DNA of 64,000 bases, taken from positions 1-64,000 of the forward strand of contig NW_004798738.1 of NCBI RefSeq assembly GCF_000002075.1. The letters are read 5' to 3'. Positions within the stretch are counted from its first letter, which is position 1, and the number at the start of each line of letters is the position of its first letter. Source of the stretch: Aplysia californica (lineage: Eukaryota). Below the pieces are notes generated by a model that was not told the origin of the DNA, made no database searches, and saw nothing but the letters and a program-made list of their open reading frames with translations. This document shows, piece by piece, positions 59,070 through 64,000 of this stretch. A program made the position numbers and the translations under genes.

Positions 59070-59555
59070 ATGCCAGCACTACCTACTGAAGTCCAAGGCA
59101 AGGTGCGCTATCACCTCAACTACCGCACGGGGGTTACCGATGCGGGGGTAATGGCTTGGCTAGTTGAATCCATGAATACCATTCATGACAACTATGGCGT
59201 GGTGAGAATCACCAAGTTAGTAGAGCGGTGTGAGCAGGCTGAGGATGAGACTCAGACTGGGGGCCAAGACACTGACAACACCTCTTTTAACTTAGCGGCT
59301 AAGGAGATTTATGACGGGGACTTGACCCGAACTCGGGTGCAGTTGCGAGAGAAGACAATTAAAGAGCGCTGGGAGAATTACTATAAAGAAACGGACAATC
59401 TAGCGGAGACCCTCCATGTGCCCAACCTGCGCCGTCCGGGATCTGCAGAAGCCCATTCTCACTTGATTACCTCAGGCGCTTACGTTAAAGCAATTCCAGG
59501 TCCCACGGATACCTGCGTGGCCGACAAGATTTATTTGCAAAATCTGTTTATCTGA
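59070..59555 (+). CDS. Head-tail adaptor-like protein
   Basis: KVRYHLNY N-terminus; position after head genes. Confidence 0.45.
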   Translation: MPALPTEVQGKVRYHLNYRTGVTDAGVMAWLVESMNTIHDNYGVVRITKLVERCEQAEDETQTGGQDTDNTSFNLAAKEIYDGDLTRTRVQLREKTIKERWENYYKETDNLAETLHVPNLRRPGSAEAHSHLITSGAYVKAIPGPTDTCVADKIYLQNLFI

Positions 59556-59563
59556 TTTGAAAA

Positions 59564-60001
59564 ATGGCTTCCACTCCTTTATTTATTGCCTCTCATAATG
59601 TTTCTACCGTCACCTTGACTAATCAGACCGTTACTCGTGATGGCAATACAGGGGCGGGGGCAATCTTGTTTACAGCGGGCAGCAATGGCTCTTTGATTGA
59701 AGCAATCTCAGTCTATCCCCACAGTACGATGGCTGATAACGTTTTACGGTTATTTATCACCTACTTGGGTGAGACAGCTAAATTTCTGATTGATGAACAG
59801 GATTTACCTCAAGTGTCTAGTGTCTCCACGACCGCTAAGATTACTGGCTATCCAGTCTATATGGATTTGTTTAATATCCAGCAGCCCAGCCTCGGTGGTC
59901 AAAAAGCTTTAAAGCTGCCGGGGACAGCAACGTTGACAGTGGGGCTGGGAACCGCAGAGCCGAATGGAATTAACATTACAGCTCACGGTAATAATTACTA
60001 A
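59564..60001 (+). CDS. Virion structural protein
   Basis: MASTPLF...LFTAGSNGSLIEAI beta-rich protein. Confidence 0.5.
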   Translation: MASTPLFIASHNVSTVTLTNQTVTRDGNTGAGAILFTAGSNGSLIEAISVYPHSTMADNVLRLFITYLGETAKFLIDEQDLPQVSSVSTTAKITGYPVYMDLFNIQQPSLGGQKALKLPGTATLTVGLGTAEPNGINITAHGNNY

Positions 60002-60585
60002 TCCGAACCATCTAAAAAATCTCGGTGAGAGACCAGCTCTTGGTAAAGGGCTTGCACAAAGCAGTGAGCTAAATGCTCATCATCTTGATCTCCTGCATTG
60101 AAGGCATGGTTGTACTGCTGGATAATCAGCTGCACTTCAGGCAGTAACCGCTTAAAAAAAGGCTTGTAATGGTCATGGGGGTGGAGGCTATGGCGATACG
60201 GCTTAAAAGTGCCATGGCAATGGGCTCTCAGTCCAGGCCATTTAAATTCATACTCGTAGTGCTTGCTGATTTGTTTGGCCTTAAGAATGCCATTGGCAGT
60301 GAGTCGGGATAGCGTTTCTCGCGTGGTATCTCGGCTCAGCAGTACATAGGGAAGAATATCTTTATAGGTATTGCCGATATAGGCTAAGGCATAGAGGACC
60401 TCCACTTCGGATGGGTAAAGGGTGTCCAAGAATAAAACCCAGTCTTCCTGCTGCCATTGGTGATGTTCTTTTTGGGCTCGCTTTAAGGTCTGTCGAGTAA
60501 TATGTCGAGTAGAAAGGGTGCTCATTGAAGTTCTAAAAAAATATGGCTCGTAATCGGAAGACATGGAACGGCAATGAGTGGGCAA
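59998..60585 (-). CDS. Winged-helix DNA-binding protein
   Basis: LSRDTTRETLSRLTANGILK. True start probably internal (near 60525). Confidence 0.5.
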   Translation of the reverse strand: MPTHCRSMSSDYEPYFFRTSMSTLSTRHITRQTLKRAQKEHHQWQQEDWVLFLDTLYPSEVEVLYALAYIGNTYKDILPYVLLSRDTTRETLSRLTANGILKAKQISKHYEYEFKWPGLRAHCHGTFKPYRHSLHPHDHYKPFFKRLLPEVQLIIQQYNHAFNAGDQDDEHLAHCFVQALYQELVSHRDFLDGSD

Positions 60586-61976
60586 AGCAGACCCAAGAAT
60601 TTAAGTTGCCTACAGACTCTGCCTGCGATCGACAGAACCCAGTAAATAAACTGTATACCGTCAAACACGGCCAAGCCCCACCATTACAAGGGGACACTTA
60701 TGTCCTAGAACGGTCTGCGAATTCAGATCAGAGTTTTAGCGTTTCTGGGGATCTGCGTCGTTATAATCCTTATGATTATAGGATTCAGGGCAAAGGCGAA
60801 GATACTCGTGGTACTGAGTATGATCGGGCGATCGCCCAAGAGCCCCCGGTGATGCACCAGATGAAGCTGCCACCGATTAAGACGGCTAACTTTCTAGACC
60901 GGTTTGCCAGTACCCATTGTCTTACCCAGCATGAAGGTCGCCATTGGGTTTACAGTCCTGAGTCATTATCTCACTACTATTCTCTCTGGAAGCGATACCA
61001 GAAGTCATTAACCCTCCAGCCTCAGGCCATCCTTCAAGATAATAATGGTGAGTCTGTCTATCGCTTCTTCTCAGGCAACAGCCGTTATGGCTACTGGGAT
61101 GTCAAGATTGGCACATTAACAGAAGCAGCTGCAAGCATTTCAGCTCCAGCTGAAGTGCTGAGTATCTGTGACTCAGAGATTGAAATTGAAGCCATTATTG
61201 AGCCGACCACCCAGACAGCCACCTGGGAGCAGGTAGCGGGTCAGACGATTCCCTATTTGGTTACCAAGGGTGGTCGTCTGCTTACCTTATACCGGTCTAG
61301 CCAGATTGGCCCTTTTATCTTTGAGGGGACGATTGCAGGCGTAAACCCATTGTCTATTCGGGTGACTATTCGCACTTCACCATACGATCAGCCATTGATG
61401 GTTTTGCCTCAGGTTCTGCTTGCTCAATACCCACCAGTGACCAATGTTAGGAAGAAACCTGAAATTGTCACAGGGTGCAATGGGTACTTGAAGCTACAAA
61501 ATAGCTTGAATATTCAGTTTGACCCACCTACCTCTAATGAAGGCCATGTCAGTGCCCACCTGCTAGAGCAACTCGTGGGAGATACCTGGACTGTTGTTGA
61601 TGAAACGACGGACTTGTTTTTTAACAATATTGTTCTAGATACCTATTATCGAATCACTACAGAGTTTGATATTTACACCCGTGAATTTGAAGCCACGTCG
61701 CTTAAATTTTCCTTTCCTCCTAACCAGATTGACCTTTACGTTTCAGACTGTGGGCGCAGCCCTTACTTCCAAATTCATTCGAGCTTTAGCCGCTATACCA
61801 CTGAGGTTAAAGCTTATGAAGATAGTGGTGCTATGTATGGCCATCAGTCTTCTCAGTTGTTTGTTCGCTTTAGGGCGATCCACAAGCCTGTTGCTGAAGT
61901 TGAGTGTCCTCTCTATAGCCAGAATGGTATTGGTTCCTTTGTGCGAACGGATTACACTGGCACTGTAATTGGCTAG
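60543..61976 (+). CDS. Tail/baseplate-type structural protein
   Basis: 477 aa with Ig/FN3-like beta segments. Confidence 0.5.
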   Translation: MARNRKTWNGNEWAKQTQEFKLPTDSACDRQNPVNKLYTVKHGQAPPLQGDTYVLERSANSDQSFSVSGDLRRYNPYDYRIQGKGEDTRGTEYDRAIAQEPPVMHQMKLPPIKTANFLDRFASTHCLTQHEGRHWVYSPESLSHYYSLWKRYQKSLTLQPQAILQDNNGESVYRFFSGNSRYGYWDVKIGTLTEAAASISAPAEVLSICDSEIEIEAIIEPTTQTATWEQVAGQTIPYLVTKGGRLLTLYRSSQIGPFIFEGTIAGVNPLSIRVTIRTSPYDQPLMVLPQVLLAQYPPVTNVRKKPEIVTGCNGYLKLQNSLNIQFDPPTSNEGHVSAHLLEQLVGDTWTVVDETTDLFFNNIVLDTYYRITTEFDIYTREFEATSLKFSFPPNQIDLYVSDCGRSPYFQIHSSFSRYTTEVKAYEDSGAMYGHQSSQLFVRFRAIHKPVAEVECPLYSQNGIGSFVRTDYTGTVIG

Positions 61977-62000
61977 CTAGAAAAAAGGGAGGCGTTTAGT

Positions 62001-64000
62001 TTGAGAGGCCATTGTCGTTTAACGTTTACCCATCTACTCACTGGTGACGTTCGAGTGGTTGAGGCGGACAACTTAGTCACTGATGCTTTCTACCTCGCTC
62101 CCATTCATTTCAGTTCTGGAACTGATGTCAATTTGCGGCTAGGAATTAATGATTACGAAGATGACGTTAACCTGGGGATTTCTCAGCGCACCGATCCGCC
62201 AGAGCGTGATCAGTACCTAATAACAGATATGGGTACCCACTGGCTGGAGGCGGCGACCTTAGCCTTGTCCTATCCAGTTGGCTCCTCTGGTGGCAATCTT
62301 CGGTTTGTCAATGTAGAGGCTAATGCTAAGTATACTTGTGTTTTTAGCGCACCTGGAACGGGTAATGCCAGGGATTTTGATACGGTTTTTGTTTATGTAG
62401 ATAGCTTTCCTACCCTTGGTCCTCATGTCCCTTTTTACCTAAAGCTGCCTAGCACCTGTACTCAAGGGGACTTGGAGTTATTGAGTCTTACCTATAGTAT
62501 TGAGCCTACTCAGGCAATCAATGGTGATCCTGGTTATAACAGCACCTCCTATCGAGGACAGCTGTTTTTCCGTAGCTTATTTTCCCCAGCGCCTGCAGCT
62601 GTTGTTGATGAATATATGCCTGCGGGGGTCCCTCTCTCTGATTACAGCATTTATCCTTACCACTACCCCAGCTGGACACTTTTAGCTGATGGAGAGGCTG
62701 ACTATCCAAAGTTAGCAACAGGCTCGGCTAAAGAACCGGATTTTTTCCGTAAACGAATTACCCTTGACTGGCCAGAGGAGCAATGGGTGGGGGTTGTCAC
62801 TCGCTCTTTAGTAGCGACCAACTTTACTACTTGGCCTGTGGCAATCTTTTGGACGCCTACAGCTTTTGGTGGTAATGGTCCCTTCCAAGGTCTGTTTTCT
62901 CATTCTGTGGATAGCAATGAGCTGTACCTAGATCCGTTGAATTTTGCGGCTGGGGTTGGCACTATTACGATTGGGGGGACCTGGGATCGGGATCATCCTG
63001 AAATTTATCAAATCATAATCACTGCAAGTGGTGATGAAACGACAGCTACGTATCAAGTTCGGCGGCGTAATGCTTATTTTATCCAGTCAGACCATACCGG
63101 TCGACTGGCAGGATTGCCTTACTACAGTCCTATCGCTGAGACGCTACCTGGGATTCACAATAATAATGGGACGAATGCAACGCGGTTGCTGCGTTACTCT
63201 AATACAGAATTCCTAACCTGGGACCCCACGGGGATCACGCTACTCAATTGGACAACGGGCGCTTATCAGCATTTTGATGCTGACTCTACTCCAGCATTGC
63301 CCGTGACAGCATTAGGCCAAGTGGTGACCGATGCGGAGATTACTGGGGTGACGGTCGCTGACTATACAGATGGAACCCGGATTATTGCAGCCTGTCGAGA
63401 TACCGGCCTCTATGAAATTAACCCCAGTGCCAATACGGTCACTCTATTGCTGGGTACTCCCTGTTATGGTGCGGACCTAGGCTATGACGGCAAAATCTGG
63501 GCGGTCTTCTCAGATCGACTCGCTAACTCTGATGACTTTGCGGGCAGCTTTATTTATAACGATGGCACTTTTACCGCTGATCGATCCGTGTGTGAGTTTA
63601 TCTGCTGCGATCGGGTGACGGCTGTTCAGCGGATTTGTATGGTTCGCAGCGATCGCTCTCAGTTGCAGTGGTGGGATGCTGCCAATACAACACCAGTGAA
63701 CGGGCCTAGCTATAGCACTTTTGCAGTGGGCCATCCAGCCCAGACCTTAGAGTGCGATCCAAATGGCACCTTTTGGTTCTGTGCGCCTAAGTTGAGTAGT
63801 ACGGGTTTTATCCGAGTATTGACCTATGGCAGTACAAGTGTGACTAGTATTACTAGCACTAGTACCAGACACTTCTTGAGCCGTCATGGGACTGCTGTGA
63901 TTAACGCAGCGTTTAATTTAGTGGATTCGACCAATACCGTTATTGGGAATGTCGGTAGCTTTCCGGGTCTTAGTTTTGGCTATAACACTACCTTGATGCC
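62001..64000 (+). CDS. Large tail protein, runs off the window (absent from the ORF track)
   Basis: GGAGG RBS plus TTG; MRGHCRLTFTHLLTGDVRVVEADNLVTD... Frame checked open for over 230 codons, with no terminated ORF reported in this frame. Confidence 0.6.
   Translation, partial: MRGHCRLTFTHLLTGDVRVVEADNLVTDAFYLAPIHFSSGTDVNLRLGINDYEDDVNLGISQRTDPPERDQYLITDMGTHWLEAATLALSYPVGSSGGNLRFVNVEANAKYTCVFSAPGTGNARDFDTVFVYVDSFPTLGPHVPFYLKLPSTCTQGDLELLSLTYSIEPTQAINGDPGYNSTSYRGQLFFRSLFSPAPAAVVDEYMPAGVPLSDYSIYPYHYPSWTLLADGEADYPKLATGSAKEPDFFRKRITLDWPEEQWVGVVTRSLVATNFTTWPVAIFWTPTAFGGNGPFQGLFSHSVDSNELYLDPLNFAAGVGTITIGGTWDRDHPEIYQIIITASGDETTATYQVRRRNAYFIQSDHTGRLAGLPYYSPIAETLPGIHNNNGTNATRLLRYSNTEFLTWDPTGITLLNWTTGAYQHFDADSTPALPVTALGQVVTDAEITGVTVADYTDGTRIIAACRDTGLYEINPSANTVTLLLGTPCYGADLGYDGKIWAVFSDRLANSDDFAGSFIYNDGTFTADRSVCEFICCDRVTAVQRICMVRSDRSQLQWWDAANTTPVNGPSYSTFAVGHPAQTLECDPNGTFWFCAPKLSSTGFIRVLTYGSTSVTSITSTSTRHFLSRHGTAVINAAFNLVDSTNTVIGNVGSFPGLSFGYNTTLM

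Overview
The window is part of a large temperate cyanophage or phage-plasmid. Frequent HIP1 sites (GCGATCGC) point to a cyanobacterial host, and there are three N-gaps. The left ~39.5 kb is mostly minus-strand small accessory or early genes: an SSB, an MTase-like protein, a HAD phosphatase, a MoxR AAA+/VWA operon, one intact IS605-type tnpB and five non-autonomous IS200/IS605-like elements. A 90-bp perfect palindrome marks the switch to a plus-strand block of low-complexity putative virion proteins, terminase, portal, scaffold, major capsid and tail genes. The main finding is a split, apparently nuclease-dead type V-like CRISPR system. A 633-aa TnpB/Cas12-derived protein (17540-19441) has RuvC-II E->K and lacks the Zn finger and RuvC-III. 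It is followed by a ~175-nt structured RNA and an eroded repeat tract. A second, diverged copy of the same RNA, with compensatory base-pair changes, sits 9 kb away in inverted orientation, directly ahead of a 16-repeat degenerate CRISPR array (8353-10325). No cas1/cas2 is visible. All calls come from reading the sequence; no searches were run.
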